Part shown: positions 32,701-43,385 of the stretch, piece by piece | How positions within the stretch are numbered: the stretch's first letter is position 1 | Layout: each line of letters opens with the position of its first letter | Assembly (NCBI GenBank): GCA_963701965.1 | Contig: OY969695.1 | Span: 704,001 to 768,000 of the forward strand | Direction: 5' to 3' | Length of the DNA: 64,000 bases | Origin: an uncultured Gemmatimonadales bacterium | GTDB taxonomy: Bacteria > Gemmatimonadota > Gemmatimonadetes > Gemmatimonadales > Gemmatimonadaceae | The notes under the pieces: generated by a model | The model's input: the letters and a program-made list of their open reading frames with translations, nothing else | Databases searched by the model: none | What the model was told of the DNA's origin: nothing | Made by a program: the position numbers and the translations under genes

Positions 32701-33311
32701 GCGGGATGCCGGGCCAGAACCGCCGCCGCTTGTCGACACGCGTCTTCGGCTGTCCGGCTTTCCGCGATCGTGCGCCCGCCGAGCTCGCGCAGCATCGCGT
32801 TCCGCCGCTCACCGAGCACGCGCGCGGTGGTCTCGACCACGGCGCAGAAGACGGCCCCGACGCCACCAGTCTCGACACGGATCGGGCTGTACGCGAAGGT
32901 GAAATACGCCTCCTCAGTGTAGCCGTAGCGATTCGTCGGCAGCATCTGGTCGTCGGACCAGGTTGCTTCGCCGCTCGCCATGACGCCCTTGAGCATCGGG
33001 CCGATGATGTGCCAGATCTCGGCCCACACCTCGTGCGCAGGTCGCCCTAATCCGGCGGGATGCTTGTCGCCGATAATCGAGGCGCAGGCATCGTTGTAGA
33101 GTTGGATGAGGTCCGATCCCCACCATACGAAGATCGGGAACCGCGAGGTGAGAAACGTGCTGACGGTCGTCTTGAGACTCTGCGGCCACTCATTGACGGG
33201 GCCGAGTGGTGTGCGAGACCAGTCGAAGGCGCGCATACGCGCACCCATCTCGCCGCCGCCAGCCAGGACGGCGCTTGCACTCAACACCAGAGGTCCGGTT
33301 TCCTTCGGCAC
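29763..33311 (-). CDS. Hybrid sensor kinase (PAS-GAF-HisKA/HATPase-REC-PAS-HisKA/HATPase)
   Basis: FDWSRTPLGP, two H-boxes (VSHEFRTPL, MSHELRTPL), REC (VVDDNADMR, DVMMP, DDYLVKPF). Confidence 0.92.
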   Translation of the reverse strand: MPKETGPLVLSASAVLAGGGEMGARMRAFDWSRTPLGPVNEWPQSLKTTVSTFLTSRFPIFVWWGSDLIQLYNDACASIIGDKHPAGLGRPAHEVWAEIWHIIGPMLKGVMASGEATWSDDQMLPTNRYGYTEEAYFTFAYSPIRVETGGVGAVFCAVVETTARVLGERRNAMLRELGGRTIAESRTAEDACRQAAAVLARHPADVPCALLYLIDETGEVAHLAGSSGLTEDGLASQRCIDLTHTVSGDAGWPLGRVLRTGDPELVEDVGVRFGTPTGGPWTEPPERAMVLPIAGARQDRPWGILVAAFSPRCALDDDYRGFFQLVATQIATAVANARAHEDEKRRADALAELNRAKTTFFSNVSHEFRTPLTLLLGPLEDALNSDTRVLGEEGLALAHRNGLRLLKLVNSLLDFARVEAGRADAWFEPTDLAAYTAELASTFRSAVESAGLSLVVDTPPLPVERGAVHVDRTMWEKIVLNLLSNAFKHTFEGEIAVSIRARGDHVDLVVRDTGIGIPAAELTRVFERFHRLPNTRSRTHEGTGIGLALVQELVRLHGGTISAASQHGAGATFTVTMPFGSAHLPREHVHASTAAGDRRPVSHGAAPFVAEALRWLPDEDEPRHADTVTTGADPVLTESPSPVGSPPAILVVDDNADMRQYMGRLLREQGWFVETAADGDAALDAVRERTASGCAPDLVLTDVMMPGRDGFALLRALRSDVATAAVPVILVSARAGEESRVEGLKAGADDYLVKPFSARELVARVGAHLALSRARARAAAEVMDAHARLAEAHSRLQVEQVRLADVFRKAPTFICVLRGPEHVFEMANDAYHQLVGFRELVGRPVREAIPEATDYFALLDRVLATGESFVGHELPIALQRTPGGPFEQRFVTFVYQPLVEADHSRSGVFVHGVDLTDQVRARSEAERAWGDAEAARQRAEEANAAKAEFLAVMSHELRTPLNAIAGHTQLMELGIHGPLTDLQRDALGRIQRNQQYLLALINDVLNFAKLEAGRVEFASADVSVAEVVADIAGIIEPQMAAKGIACGIQVATELIVRADRDKLQQILLNLLSNAVKFTGRGGQITIDTPVLGERRDAPRHGVGFIRVADTGIGIPRDKQETIFDPFVQLQRKLTAVTEGTGLGLAISRDLARGMGGDVRVRSVAANGSAFTVELPLGSRSPG

Positions 33312-33646
33312 CCGCTATGCCCTCTCGCCTCCGGCATCGTCTCTTGGCCGGGCGCATCCTGCCGAGGTCTTTCGGCGCTGGTGCGCGGCGACTTGTCAAA
33401 TCTTGAGCGAGCAAACAACCAGGAGCAAGGTCACCGGATCTGCTGAGGTGCGCTTTGTGGGACACACCCCGAGGAGCGCACGACCGAACGCGGATCGGTC
33501 ATCGGCAAGCTCGAGCGACGCGTCTCGTGGGGCGATGGAACGGTCCGCGCGATCACATCATACGGCGACCTCTTCCTTGCTACCATCAACGGTTTGCCAG
33601 AGCACCTGCGTGGCACGCGTTCGGGGTCCTGCGCAAGTCACCGTGA

Positions 33647-34495
33647 TCACGCGTGCCCGATCGCTGGCCCTTGTCGTTCCAACACCGTCTTCATCCACTC
33701 CCGATTGCGGACAAGACGTTCGTCGTGCGAGACGAGCGGACAACTCGCGCACAGCGCGCCGTCCGGCACGAGATAGTAGCGGCAGCAGCTCGCGCGCCGT
33801 TGGTACAGGTGGACTGCCCCGCCATACTCCACCGCGTGCATCGTCGGGCGCATCTGGGCCACGACGTCGTCGCCTTCGAAAAAGCGATCCAGTACCGGTC
33901 CTACCGACCGCTGATCGCGGCGATCCAGCCAGAGGTTCGTAAACTGCGAGGCCCAGGACGACGTCAGCATGCCCCACGTCCCAAGGCGTGCGAACCCCGA
34001 CCACTCGCAGAGCGCGTCGACCATAGGACCGCTCTGGGCCACGAGCAAGTCGCGGATCGTGCGCAGCAGCGCCGACGGATCGGGCACGACGGACATCGAC
34101 GCATCGCGTCCCCGTGGATCACTGGCGACGACGAAGCCACGTGGTTCGTAGATCGCCGTCCGTTCGAAGAACGTCGATGCCCGAAACTTGAAGGACACGT
34201 TGTCGAGGCGGACGTCGGGAACGCACTGATACCGGAGGTAGGGCGCGACCGCCATCGCCGACGCCCACCCAAATCGCAGCGCGAAGGAGGCGGCGATGGT
34301 TCGCCGATCCGTCGTTCGCGCTCGCTCGCCGATCCGAAGAAGAAAATCGTGGAAGGGACCATGGGTCGCGTTTCGGAAGTCCGCCCCAGTGATCCACCCC
34401 TCTCCGGAGGGCTGCCCTACCACCACGTACCAACTGGGGTTGAGCTCCCGCAACGTATCAAACACTTGGGCGATAGGTGACAGCGCACTCGACAC
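33647..34495 (-). CDS. FhuF-like (2Fe-2S) ferric reductase domain protein
   Basis: C-terminal RASCCRYY...LCASCP cluster motif. Confidence 0.8.
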   Translation of the reverse strand: MSSALSPIAQVFDTLRELNPSWYVVVGQPSGEGWITGADFRNATHGPFHDFLLRIGERARTTDRRTIAASFALRFGWASAMAVAPYLRYQCVPDVRLDNVSFKFRASTFFERTAIYEPRGFVVASDPRGRDASMSVVPDPSALLRTIRDLLVAQSGPMVDALCEWSGFARLGTWGMLTSSWASQFTNLWLDRRDQRSVGPVLDRFFEGDDVVAQMRPTMHAVEYGGAVHLYQRRASCCRYYLVPDGALCASCPLVSHDERLVRNREWMKTVLERQGPAIGHA

Positions 34496-34774
34496 GTCAA
34501 GCCCGCCCGGTCACGGCCCGTGCGCCGGCAAGAGCCGCCAGCACGCCGGCAACGCGCCACATCCATCGATCTCGCGCGAACGGATCGGGGAGTGTCGACG
34601 AGTGTAGCGTCAGATGAGCAGGACGTGAAGAAGCAACGAAGCCGCGGAATGCCATGATCGACCCGGTATTCCGGAGCCCCGCATGCCCGCGCGTTGACCG
34701 AGCGGCACGGGTGCGCACGACGGCGCACCTATTCCCGTTGCCCCTCCCACGAGGGCATGCTGGGCTCCAGTGGC

Positions 34775-34958
34775 GTGGCAGGTCTTCTGGCTCGGGTGTC
34801 ATCCGCCGGAGAGCGCCTTCCCACGAGCTCCTCGCTCGCAGTGGCACTGCTGCTCTTCGGCGTCGACCCTTACAGCGGCGGGGCCGCCCCGGATTCGCAC
34901 CGGGTTCCCTTTTTCGACTTCGGGCCGCGCGAGGACGCGACCGCGAAGTACCATGCCT
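34775..34958 (-). ncRNA. Cobalamin riboswitch
   Basis: Minus strand AAAAGGGAACCCGGTGCGAATCCGGGGCGGCCCCGCCGCTGTAA...GCCACTG...GGGAAGG...GAGCCAGAAGACCTGCC (B12 box). Confidence 0.92.
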
Positions 34959-35076
34959 GGTTGTATTTTCGCATAAATACATCCCGTCAGGCTCGCAGGT
35001 CAAGGCACGCCGTACCGTCCGCCTCGCGACAGTCCCGGCCTTACCCGATCGGCATCAAGCACTTACGTCTACGAAC

Positions 35077-35724
35077 GTGTTCTCAAAGACCCGTCTCTGT
35101 TTCGTTCGACACGGCCGAGCCATTGGGGTCGAGGGCCGTTGCATTGGCCAGACCGATGTCGCGCTGTCGACCGCGGGAGAACAAGCGATCCGCGACCTTG
35201 TGTCCGGCATCGGCATGCGCGCTGCCCACACGGTCGTATTCAGCAGCGACCTCCAACGAGCGCGTGCATCGGCTCGGATCATCGCGACGACACTCGGATG
35301 CGACGTCGGCTGCGATCCCCGACTGCGCGAAGCACACTTTGGCGTGTGGGACGGCCGCCTCTGGGATGACATCGAGCACAGTGACTCGGCGCGATTTTAC
35401 GCATGGATGGACCGCTGGGCTGAGATAGCGCCGCCCGGCGGTGAGGCCGTCACTGACATCCGGTGCCGCGCCGTCGCGTGGATCGACGAAGTGCTTGCCG
35501 CGACCGTGACGGGACACCGCACTCTGTTCGTCGTGTCCCACGCGGGATGGATCCGGCTCGCCGTCGGCTACCTGCTTGGTCGACCGATCGCCACAATGTT
35601 TGAGGTGCCAATCGATCACGCTGCGGCCACCATCGTCGACGTTCACGGAACGGAGCGCTCCCTCGTTGCATCGAACGTTCGCCGTCTTTCCCCGTTGCTT
35701 GCATCGGATGGCGGGCCGATTTAG
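35077..35724 (+). CDS. cobC: Histidine phosphatase, alpha-ribazole-phosphatase-like
   Basis: VRHG, GQTDVALS, SSDLQRA, LREAHFGVWDG, PPGGE, VVSHAG; located between two B12 riboswitches. Confidence 0.75.
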   Translation: MFSKTRLCFVRHGRAIGVEGRCIGQTDVALSTAGEQAIRDLVSGIGMRAAHTVVFSSDLQRARASARIIATTLGCDVGCDPRLREAHFGVWDGRLWDDIEHSDSARFYAWMDRWAEIAPPGGEAVTDIRCRAVAWIDEVLAATVTGHRTLFVVSHAGWIRLAVGYLLGRPIATMFEVPIDHAAATIVDVHGTERSLVASNVRRLSPLLASDGGPI

Positions 35725-35895
35725 GTTCTGCCTCACAACTGACTAAGAGTGGGGTTTCCGGAAGTCCGGTGAAATGCCGGCGCGGCCCCGCCACTGTAAG
35801 AGCGTATTGGCGTGCTCGGAACAGCCACTGGTCAGCGGATCGATCCGCGGACTCGGAAGGCGAGCACGACAGCCTCGAGCCAGGAGACGTGCCTC
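35720..35895 (+). ncRNA. Cobalamin riboswitch
   Basis: GGAAGTCCGGTGAAATGCCGGCGCGGCCCCGCCACTGTAA...GCCACTG...GGAAGG...GAGCCAGGAGACGTGCC. Confidence 0.88.
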
Positions 35896-36054
35896 ACTCG
35901 CACCTGCGTAACATCACCCTCGAGGGAGGGGTGCGGGGGTGACGCGTCACCAGAATGTCTGACACTCGGGCTCGGAGTGAGCATTCGGTCGGCGATTTGA
36001 CCCGTCCACTTTCTCGCTGAGGAAGGAGACGGGTTTCGTGTTCATGGTCGTCCG

Positions 36055-36714
36055 ATGATCGTGGCAGTGGGAGTAGGACCCGGTGACCTCGGCTATCTCA
36101 CGCGCCGTGGCGCCGATCTCATAGCGCAGGCCAACGCCGTCATCGGCTTCGAGACCGTCGTGAACATCGTACGGCCACTCGTGCCGCCCACGGCCGACGT
36201 CGTGCTCTTGACGTACAAGAACCAAGTCGAGCGCCTGGCCGACGCCGCCGACCTGCATCGAGCCGGACGCTCGTGCGTCGTCGTGTTCATGGGCGACGTC
36301 CACTTCTCGGGCTTCCAACTGCTCGAGCGTGTGGAGCAGGCCTGCAAGGAGCCCGTCTCCACAGTTCCCGGGATCTCGTCCGCCCAGATACTGGCCTCGC
36401 GAACCCGGGTGGCGTTCGACGACACGACCTTCGTCACGTTTCATCGACGCGGCGATCTGGCGCCGTTTCGTCGTCACCTGCAGCACGTCCTCGCCGACGG
36501 TAGGAACGCGATTGTGATCCCACGGCCGTGGGACTACATGCCGAAGCAGATCACCGCGGAGCTGCTCGCCGCCGGCGTCTCGCCGCGGCATCGCGTCGAG
36601 GTGTGGGAGCATCTCACGGCCACCGAAGCGGCGTGGCGCGGCAGCATCGATACGTGCACGTCGGATTTTAGCGACATGAGCATCATGCTGATCCGGTCGC
36701 TGCCCGATGTCTGA
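36055..36714 (+). CDS. cbiE: Cobalt-precorrin-7 C5-methyltransferase (tetrapyrrole methylase)
   Basis: [35 protein letters not shown]; downstream of a B12 riboswitch. Confidence 0.78.
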   Translation: MIVAVGVGPGDLGYLTRRGADLIAQANAVIGFETVVNIVRPLVPPTADVVLLTYKNQVERLADAADLHRAGRSCVVVFMGDVHFSGFQLLERVEQACKEPVSTVPGISSAQILASRTRVAFDDTTFVTFHRRGDLAPFRRHLQHVLADGRNAIVIPRPWDYMPKQITAELLAAGVSPRHRVEVWEHLTATEAAWRGSIDTCTSDFSDMSIMLIRSLPDV

Positions 36715-37183
36715 GCGGAAACGCGGGCCGCGCGTCCAGGTGCTCAGACCGGACGGGGGACTGGTGACGGTGGTGCGGAAGCGCGGCGACCGGTACCATG
36801 CGCACGCTCGTGGGATTCGCTCAGGCGACTCCTGAAGGACGGGAATCCGTGCTGTTCCGCGCGGAACACGGGTGCGATCGTGGGCCTGGTCGCGAGCTTT
36901 GTGAAGGCCGTCGCAGCGAAATCGGCATCTCGCAGGAGCGGTTGGCGGAGCTGGCAGAATGTCGATCGCACGTACGCCGCAATGATAGACCAGAGCCCAG
37001 TTCACGACACCGACATCGCGATCACCTCCTCCCTAGCCGGCGAGCGGGCGGTGCCGAAGTGTTCTCCGTTCGCGCCCATCGCCACCGGTCGTCCTCGGCG
37101 GCTGCACAACACGCGGAGCGGTCTGTCTCGTCGGCTACTGAAACACTTCCAAGAGGATTGGTGAGAAAGAAATCGACCCGGGA

Positions 37184-37470
37184 TTGCGCACGGTCGGGTC
37201 GGCCGGACACGCGCTGTCCTTTATGACGTACACGCTGCCCCTGACCCTGGTGGCTGCGCTCCTCGACCATGGCGCGCGCTGGGTGAGCTTGCTACCGGTA
37301 GTCGCGATCCTCCTGCGACTGACGCTACATTATCGTATGCGAGCGTCGGCAGCCGGGGGCATGGCTGGTGCCGGTGCGCGACCTGACGTCATTTGGCGTG
37401 TGGGTTCATGGGCCATGCGTCACGTGGCGCGGCAACACGATGTGGGTCCGGCCCGATGGAGTGCTCCACG
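37184..37470 (+). pseudogene. hpnI: C-terminal remnant of HpnI-like hopanoid glycosyltransferase
   Basis: RTVGSAGHALSFMTYTLPLTLV...ILLRLTLH resembles the TM C-terminus of HpnI, in the usual position upstream of hpnJ. Confidence 0.45.
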
Positions 37471-37495
37471 CGAACGAAGAGGAGATTGCTGCCTG

Positions 37496-38929
37496 ATGCG
37501 AACGCTCTTTCTGCAAGCCCCTTCGTACGAGGGATTCGATGGTGGCGCCGGCTCGCGGTACCAGGCGAAGCGCGAGATCCGTACGAACTGGTACCCCACC
37601 TGGCTCGCCCAACCCGCGGCCCTCGTCGAAGACAGCAAGCTGGTCGACGCGCCGGCGGCGAGGCTCACGTTGTCCGACGTGTTGCCGCTCGCGAAGCAGT
37701 ACGAGCTGATGGTGTTGCACACGAGCTCGCCATCGTTCCCGTACGACGTCAAGGTCGCCGAGGCGTTCAAGCGCGAGAACCCCAACCTCATGATCGGGTT
37801 CGTAGGCGCCAAGGTCGCCGTCGAACCGGAAAAGTCGCTGCTCGCTTCGGAGGCGATCGATTTCGTCTGCCGCGAGGAATTCGACTTCACCGTCAAGGAG
37901 GTCGCCGAAGGCCAGCCGCTCGGCACCGTCGACGGCTTGACGTTCCGGGACGATGCGGGACGGCCCGTCCACACCCCCGACCGGGCAATCCTCGAGGACA
38001 TGGATCGCCTCCCGTTCGTGACCGAAGTCTACAAGCGCGACTTACGCGTCGAGGACTACTTCCAGGGGTACCTCAAGCATCCGTACGTGTCGTTCTATAC
38101 CGGACGGGGCTGCCGGTCCAAGTGCACGTTCTGTCTCTGGCCGCAGACGGTGGGTGGGCATCGCTACCGGACGCGCAGTGTCCCGCACGTGCTGGAGGAG
38201 GTCGCGCTCGTCCCGAAGTACTTTCCGCAAGTACAGGAGCTGTACTTCGACGACGACACGTTCACCGACAACGGACCGCGCGCCGAGGAGATCGCGCGCG
38301 GCATCGGGAAGCTGGGCATCACGTGGTCGTGCACCGCCAAGCCGATCGTCCCGTACGACACGCTCAAAGTGTTGCGCGACAACGGCCTCCGGCTGCTGCT
38401 CGTCGGCTATGAATCGGGGAATCAGCAGATCCTGAACAACATCAAGAAGGGCGTGCGCATCGACATCGCCCGACGGTTCACGAAGGATTGCCGCGACTTG
38501 GGGATCACGATTCACGGGACCTTCATTCTGGGCCTCCCGGGCGAGACCACGGAGACGATTCAGGAGACGATCAACTACGCGCGCGAGATCAACCCGCACA
38601 CGATCCAGGTGTCGATCGCCGCGCCGTATCCGGGCACGTATCTATACAAGCAGGCAATAGAGAACGGCTGGTTGCCGGCTGATGACGATGACGCGCATCT
38701 CGTCAACGACCGCGGCATGCAGACCGCGGCGCTCTCTTACGAGCACCTGGGCCGTACGGAGATCTTCGACTCGGTCGAGACGTTCTACAGGAAGTTCTAT
38801 TTCCGCGCCGGCAAGATCGCCGAGCTCACCGCCGAGATGGTCAAAAGCCCGACGGTGGCCAAGCGACGGCTCCGCGAGGGAGTCGAGTTTTTCCAGTTCT
38901 TGAGCCGCCGGAAGGACGCCGCGGTCTAG
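37496..38929 (+). CDS. hpnJ: Hopanoid biosynthesis-associated radical SAM protein HpnJ
   Basis: MRTLFLQAPSYEGFDGGAGSRYQAKREI..WYPTWLAQPAA; CRSKCTFC; strong SD GAGGAG. Confidence 0.92.
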   Translation: MRTLFLQAPSYEGFDGGAGSRYQAKREIRTNWYPTWLAQPAALVEDSKLVDAPAARLTLSDVLPLAKQYELMVLHTSSPSFPYDVKVAEAFKRENPNLMIGFVGAKVAVEPEKSLLASEAIDFVCREEFDFTVKEVAEGQPLGTVDGLTFRDDAGRPVHTPDRAILEDMDRLPFVTEVYKRDLRVEDYFQGYLKHPYVSFYTGRGCRSKCTFCLWPQTVGGHRYRTRSVPHVLEEVALVPKYFPQVQELYFDDDTFTDNGPRAEEIARGIGKLGITWSCTAKPIVPYDTLKVLRDNGLRLLLVGYESGNQQILNNIKKGVRIDIARRFTKDCRDLGITIHGTFILGLPGETTETIQETINYAREINPHTIQVSIAAPYPGTYLYKQAIENGWLPADDDDAHLVNDRGMQTAALSYEHLGRTEIFDSVETFYRKFYFRAGKIAELTAEMVKSPTVAKRRLREGVEFFQFLSRRKDAAV

Positions 38930-38995
38930 CGCGACCCGCGTCACGTCGTCCGCCGTCGCTCGTCCACCCGCAGGGGATTTGCTGCCTGCCGACCG

Positions 38996-41900
38996 TCAGC
39001 GCCGCGCATCGGGTGACCGGGCATGAGACCGCTCCTTCCAAAGCGAGTAAATCGCCGGGATCACGACCAGCGTCAGCACGGTGCTCGTGACCATCCCACC
39101 GACCATCGGCGCGGCAATCCGCTTCATCACGTCCGCGCCGGTCCCCTGGCTCCAGAGGATTGGCACGAGACCGGCCATGATCGCCGTCACCGTCATCACC
39201 TTCGGCCGCGCCCGTTCGACCGCCCCATGCTCGACCGCGGCGTCCACATCGATCTGACTGTGGATATCGCGTGACGCGTAGGCGTGGTCCAGATAGATCA
39301 GCATGACGATCCCCGTCTCCGCGGCCACTCCGGCGAGCGCGAGAAACCCGATCGCGACCGCGACACTCAGGTTGTACCCGAGCCACCACATGAACCACAC
39401 ACCGCCGACAAGCGCAAAGGGCAGCGAGAGGAGCACGATCACGCTCTCCGCCCAGCTGCGGAAGTTGGCGTAAAGCAGCAGCACGATGATCACGAGCGTG
39501 ATGGGGATGACGATCTTGAGCCGCGCGGTCGCCCGCTCCAGTGCCTCGAACTGACCGCTCCACTCGAGCCGGTACCCAGGCGGTAGCACGAGCCGTGACG
39601 CGACGGCCCGCTGCGCGTCATGCACGTACCCTCCGATGTCTCGACCCCGTACATCTACATACACGATCTCATTGAGCGCTGCGTTCTCTGACTTAATCAT
39701 TGCCGGCCCACGAACGACGTCTACGTTCGCCAGTGCGGCAGTGGGACTTGCGCCCCGGACGGCGTCGCCACCAGCATCTTCCGCACCTGGTCAGGGACTG
39801 TCGCGGAAATCGCGGGGATAGCGGACAAGCACCCCATACCGCTCACGCCCGGCGATCACCTGCCCCGCGTCGGCGCCTCCCACGGCCGTACTAAGCGCCA
39901 TTGGCATCTCATCGCCCGTCAACCCATAGCGCGCCGCGGCCGCGCGATCGATGTCGACGTCGAGGTAGTACCCGCCCATGATCCGTTCCGCGTATACCGA
40001 GTTAGTACCGCCCACTGCCGGCAACACCCGCTCGAGGTCGTGGCCAATGCGATCCAGGGTATCAATGTTCGGGCCGACGACCTTGATGCCCACTGGTGTC
40101 TTGATACCGGACGCCAACATGTCCAACCGATTCTTGATCGGCATCGACCACATGTTCGCGACTCCAGGCGTCCGGACCGTCGCGTTGGCCTCGCTCACGA
40201 TCGAGTCGTAGGTCACCCCTGGCCGCCAGTCTTTCCTATCCTTGAGCACCGCGATCGTCTCGATCATGGAGAGCGGCGCCATGTCGGTCGCCGTCTCTGC
40301 TCTGCCGATCTTGCCCAGCACCACGCGCACCTCGGGGATCCGGGCGAGCGCCGCGTCGCGCTGCTGCACGATCCGCTTCGCCTCCCCGACCCCCACGGCC
40401 GGCGCCAGGGAGGGCATGTCCATGATGCTCCCCTCGTTCAGCGGCGGCATGAACTCGCTTCCCAGTTGCGCCCACGGGTACGCCGTCACCCCAAGCACCA
40501 GCACGGCGCCGCCGATCACGAGCCACCGATGCCGGAGCACGAACACGATCACGGGCCGATACAGAGCGATCAGCGCCCTGTTGACCGGGTTCGCTGCTTC
40601 GGGCTTGACGCCACGCCGGATGAGCAGGCCCATCATGACTGGCACGAGCGTCACCGAGAGCAGCGCGGCCGCGGCCATCGACAGCGTCTTGGTCCACGCC
40701 AGCGGCGAGAACAACCGCCCCTCTTGATCCTGCAATGCGAATACCGGCAGGAAGCTCGCCGTGACGATGAGCAACGAGACGAACAACGAGGGCCCGACCT
40801 CGTTCGACGCGTCGACCACCAGCGCCCAGTGTCCGCGCGGGCGTCCCTCGGCATCGTTCCGCTCGACGTGCTTGTGGAAGTTCTCGACCATGACGATGGC
40901 CCCGTCGATCATGACGCCGATCGCCAGCGCGATCCCACCCAGGCTCATGATGTTGGCGCTCAACCCCAACACCCGCATCGCTAGAAACGCCATCCCGATT
41001 CCGATCGGCAGCGTCAGGATCGCGACCAATGCGCTCTCGGCGTGAAGCAAGAAAAGCAACGCGACCAGCGCGACGATGATCGACTCTTCGACCAGCTTCC
41101 CCTTGAGGGTCGCCACCGCCCGATCGATGAGACCCGATCGGTCGTAGCCGTCGACGAAGGTCACGCCGGCCGGCAGCGCCCGTTCCAGGGCCGCCATCTT
41201 CGCCTTTACCCGCCCGATGACCGCCCGCGGGTTCTCTCCGAACCGCATGACGACCCAGCCGGTGACGATTTCGCCCCTGCCGTTCACGTCTGCGATTCCG
41301 CGGCGGATCTCCGGTCCCATCTGGACGGTCGCCACGTCGCCAACGGTGATCGGCGCGCCACCCTGCCCCGCGCCGAGCGAGACGGCGCGAATGTCATCCA
41401 AGTTCGAGAAGCGCCCTCGCCCGCGAACGACGTACTCGGCACCGCCCATTTCCAGCACGCGACCGCCAACGTCTTGGTTGGAGGCGCGGACGGCGTCGGC
41501 CACCCGTGCAAGCGGAACATGGTACGCGAGCAGCTTCGTTGGGTCGACCGTGACCTGGTATTGCTGCTCGAACCCACCGAGGGACGCGATCTCCGCGACC
41601 CCCGGCACCGCCGTCAGCGCCGGCCGGACAGTGAAGTCCTGCAATGCCCGGAGCTGCGCCAGATTGAGCCGACCGCTCGTGTCCGTCAGGATGTACTGCA
41701 TCACCCAGCCGACGCCGGTTGCGTCCGGGCCCAGCACCGGGCGTGCCTCTCGCGGGAGCTTCCCCTGGACACCGTTCAGGTATTCCAATACCCGCGACCG
41801 CGCCCAGTACAGATCCGTCCCGTCCTCGAACACCACGTAGACGGCCGACAGCCCGAACTCGCTTGTGCCGCGCACCACCTTGGTCCGCGGCACCTTGAGG

Positions 41901-42130
41901 AGTTCTGTCTCTAGCGGATACGTCACCTGATCTTCGACGAGCTGCGGCCCCTGTCCCGGCCACTCGGTCATGACGATGACCTGCACGTCGGACAGGTCCG
42001 GGATGGCGTCCACTGGAGTGCGCATGAGCGCCCAGACACCGCCGCCGGCGAGGACGACCGTCGCGAGGAGGACCGCGACCGTGTGCGCGACCGACCACTC
42101 GATGACGCGCGTGAGGAATGTGCGGCGCAT
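38996..42130 (-). CDS. cusA: CusA/CzcA heavy-metal RND efflux permease (two compensating frameshifts near 39795 and 39737)
   Basis: DAIPDLSDVQVI, YWARSRVLEYL, GPDATGVGW, ANIMSLGGIA, GSEFMPPLNEG, RARPKVMT, MKRIAAPMVGG. Confidence 0.92.
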
Positions 42131-42133
42131 CGG

Positions 42134-43385
42134 CTATTTCCTCGGAGTCGAGTCGTGGCGGGCGGGCGCCATCTCCATCCCCGGCATGTCCTGCATGGTA
42201 CCCGTTCCGCCACCCTGCCCGATCATGCTCTTCATGACTTCGGCCAGGTTCGACTCCGAGTCGAGTAGGTACTGCGCGGACGTGGCCACGCGCTGGCCGG
42301 GCCGGACACCGGACAGGATCTCGGAGAACTCACCGGCCGTCCGCCCGACCACGACATCGTGCGGCATGAGCGACCCACCGCCCATGTCGATGAAGACCAT
42401 GTGCCGATCACCAGTACTGAGGATCGCCGATGCCGGTACCGAGAGGCGACATCCGCGCCGGCTCCATGAACGCCACGGTTGCGTACATACCCGGTTTGAG
42501 CAGATCGTCAGGGATTCGCGGACGGTGATGCGCGCGGCGACGGATCTCGCCTCGCCCTGCACGGTCGGATAGACGAAACTCACGCGACCCGTGAACGTGC
42601 GGCCAGGGATACGCCGTAAGTTCGATCGTGGCGCGTGAGCCAATGCGCACCGACGCGGCGTCGGCCTCTCGGACCTCGGCGGTGACCCACACCTCCGAGA
42701 GATCGGCGACCGACAAGAGCATATCCCCCGGCTGGATCGCCTGCCCTTGGACGACCTTCTTGTCCATCACGACACCGCTCACAGGCGCATCAAACGTCAC
42801 GGTGCGTTCAGGCGTGCCCGTTCTGAGCACGCGCGCGATCTGCTCCTCGCTGACGTCCCAGGCGCGGAGCCGCTGTTTCCCGGCATCGACGAGACTCGAC
42901 GGGGTCGCGCTGTCCCCCGACGCCCGATCGAGTCGCGCCGCCACGAGCAGCTCGCCCTCGGCAGCCACCACATCGGGCGAATACACGGCCACGAGCGGAT
43001 CGCCCAGGCGCACTCGCTGGCCTGTCTGGTTTACATATAACCGCTCCACATACCCACCGACCTTCGGCACGACCTGCGACAGCCTGGTCTCGTCGGCCAT
43101 GACCGTGCCGACCGTCCGGACTTGCGCCGCGAGCGGCCGTTGTTCGACTATGCCGAAGGTGACGCCAAACCGCCGGATCTGATCGGCCGTCAGGCGGACG
43201 GTACCCGGTTGAGACGCCGGCATACCAGCCGTGCCCGCCATACCTTTCATCTCCGGCATTCCCTTCATGCCTGGCATTCCTGGCAGACTGTCAGATCGCG
43301 GCGCCTTGGCCGTGCCGCCGGGAGCGCGATTACACGCGGCGATCTCCAGGCTTACGATGACCATCAGCAGGTAGCGACTGATCAT
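42134..43385 (-). CDS. cusB: CusB-like membrane fusion protein (frameshifted 42440-42610)
   Basis: Met-rich termini, GYVERL, DAPVSGVV, ADLSEVWV, LKPGMYA, YLLDSESNL, split over two overlapping ORFs. Confidence 0.85.

Noticed and set aside
39791..39793. TGA in cusA as selenocysteine
   Set aside because: No Cys/redox motif; explained by a +1/-1 indel pair.
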